DNA of 64,000 nucleotides, from positions 19,966,001 through 20,030,000 of the forward strand of contig NW_024704743.1 in assembly GCF_018977255.1 (NCBI RefSeq), in the 5' to 3' direction. Both the position numbers and the translations under genes were made by a program. The DNA is from Callorhinchus milii. Its lineage: Eukaryota. Positions within the stretch are counted from its first letter, which is position 1. Each line of letters begins with the position of its first letter. The notes beneath the pieces were generated by a model, which was given only the letters and a program-made list of their open reading frames with translations, was not told the origin of the DNA and made no database searches. Shown piece after piece: positions 61,851 to 64,000 of the stretch.

Positions 61851-62756
61851 ACGTTTGTACAAATGAAACTAAATTATTGTCCAGATTATAATGAATACAA
61901 AATAAATGTTTTTTGTTGATTTTCTCTGGATTAAACTTTTGTTAATGTATCATTTACAGCACGTTTAGGGAATTGTTAAAAAAAGAGCTTTCTCAAAAAT
62001 TCCGTACACGTGATGTAAACCATACATTAACAAAAGTTCTGTATTTCAAGAGCCTTGAGGTACAACAGATGTGTGCAATAAAACAATACCAAAAAAGAAC
62101 TTGTACAAAAACCTGATATATTTGCAATTTGAAATACATACGTTATGTGTTACCCACTGAGGGTTTTTTTTGGGAGGGGGGTCGTGGGTTGGGCTAATAT
62201 TTAACCTACTCCCTTTTGAAATTTCTGTGCGAAGAATCAGTAAAAAAAATCTAATTCAGAAAAGGTTTGTGTCTGTAAAAATGTAATGAGGTGTCAAGGG
62301 AGTTGCCATATCCCAGATTCTACGCAGCTAGACTTGGAACAGTACATTGAATGAAGCTCACCGACAATCTTTTGCCCTTCCCCCACTGAGAACAAAATTG
62401 TCGTTATGAGGAATCATCAGCATACCTTTTTATACAACATCACTTCAAAACTAGAGTTGCATTTATCTAGGGACATTTGCAGAAAATAGTATCATTTAAC
62501 GAATCATTTTCTGTCAAAACCTTTCAAATGTGACACTACTATCAATCCCATATATATGATGGTGCAAGCTGAATAATCAGATATGTAGCAACCTTCACAG
62601 GACACTCAAAGGCATCATATCCAAACTTTGAATGTAATTTTCTTCATAAAGTCTGAAAATTCACTCAGTAACTAAATGCAACAATCAAAGTTTTGAATAA
62701 ACTATGCACATTATACAGCATAAATAACTAACTCATTATAATTTTTACATTTTTGT

Positions 62757-63070
62757 GGAGTCCTGTAGCTCAGTGGTTAGAGCACTCGCCTCGCAAGCAA
62801 GAGACCTGGGTTCAATACCCGGCAGGGCAAAACCTTGGGCAAGTTTCTTTATTCTACACGCCTGATAATAATCCCTCAAGAAAAAGAAAAATAATAATAA
62901 TAAATTGATCACTCAATCCACGACTGTTTGTGGGACACTGCTGTACGCAATTGGCTGCCGCATTTCGCCCACAAAGTATACAGTCAATTCACTTTACAGT
63001 ATATTCTGAGAAGCGCATTGAGATGTCTCGAAGACGTGAAATATATCAAATGCAAGGATTATTATTATTA
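62757..63070 (+). mobile_element. Young SINE, full length
   Basis: A and B boxes, body and (att)n tail. Confidence 0.95.
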
Positions 63071-64000
63071 CATCTTGTATCTTACAAGTGAAAGCTAATG
63101 TTCAATTTCTAATTCAAAGTAAATTATCCCCAAAGGGACAAACAAATGTCAAAAAAAAACATTTAAAAGAAAAAGAAATTATTATTGATCACCTTTAACA
63201 TTAATCCATATGTTTCTTGCCACAAATGTTGGCAGCCAGTATCTGGTAAAACCCATTGGGATTCAAAATGGTATTCCTTTCTTGACCCACTTTAAGATAG
63301 CATATTCTAAATTTCAGTCACAAGTCAACCTACCAGCAATCAACCATGAGTCTTTTGATTTCTGGAATAAAACCTTAACTTGTGATCTTCTGCATGAGGC
63401 AATATTCTAACATTAGCATTGTTCTGAATCATTAGTCTGCATGAATGAAAAATACCAGTTGGTATTGTTACAGTAATCATCTGGAATTGTCAGCAAAATA
63501 TTATCCTATTATCATGGAGGCCAGAAGCACCTAATATAATTGTGGCAATAAATCAACGAAAATTCCTGAACTAACTTATTGTATTGCTAATTCTGCAGAT
63601 AAACACCTGCTATAACTAGATTTGGAACATATTGTACAATATTGGTGACATGTAAACGCTAATCATGCATAAATATATACTCTTCTGAGCTGTTTTGTTC
63701 TTGATTTGTGTTAATGATGTAATATGGTTAACAAAAACAAATTGAAAAAAGTAACTTTACATCTGAAAAGTAAAAGCTGACCAATTATTTTAATACATAT
63801 TAAATCAAAATCTTTATTCAGCAAGCAGTGCCTGCCATACGTGCAAAAGATGCTTTCTGAAGTTATGTATATTTGGTGTTCAAGCGTGAACACTTGACAA
63901 GAGTTCAAAATGGTTGTGCATCGGATGTCAAGACAAAGACACATGGGAGATTCTCCATGCAGAGGTCCATTCTATTGTGGAATGAAGCATGCAAAATTTA

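Noticed and set aside
62757..62830. tRNA-Ala-like gene (cloverleaf with CGC/TGC anticodon in the SINE heads)
   Set aside because: Every copy continues into the SINE body and tail, and copies carry stem mismatches. These are SINE heads, not tRNA genes.
1..64000. CRISPR arrays, operons or other prokaryotic systems
   Set aside because: No regularly spaced repeat-spacer array and no gene-dense coding structure. The window is vertebrate repeat-rich DNA.

Overview
This is eukaryotic DNA: an AT-rich, repeat-dense 64 kb stretch of a vertebrate genome. The repeat content points to a cartilaginous fish, most likely a chimaera such as the elephant shark (inference). I found no confidently identifiable host protein-coding exon, so it reads as a very long intron or intergenic region. 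Almost every long ORF in the track belongs to a decayed retroelement. Contents: a 5'-truncated CR1 LINE of about 2.5 kb inserted into a SINE; many CR1 and L2 3' fragments; about 11 near-full-length copies of a young tRNA-headed SINE in two length variants that shares its 3' tail with L2; older Deu-domain-type SINEs; two hAT transposase fossils; and Tigger/pogo-like MITEs. Two signals stand out. (1) A textbook recursive-splice-site motif on the + strand at about 21.19 kb (branch point, U tract, AG|GTAAGT). (2) An unclassified, non-coding, hairpin-rich repeat of about 600 nt, present in 7 pieces. Several RFX X-box-like motifs also occur in repeat-free islands. All family names come from my own recognition of motifs, not from a database search, and the boundaries of old repeats are approximate.
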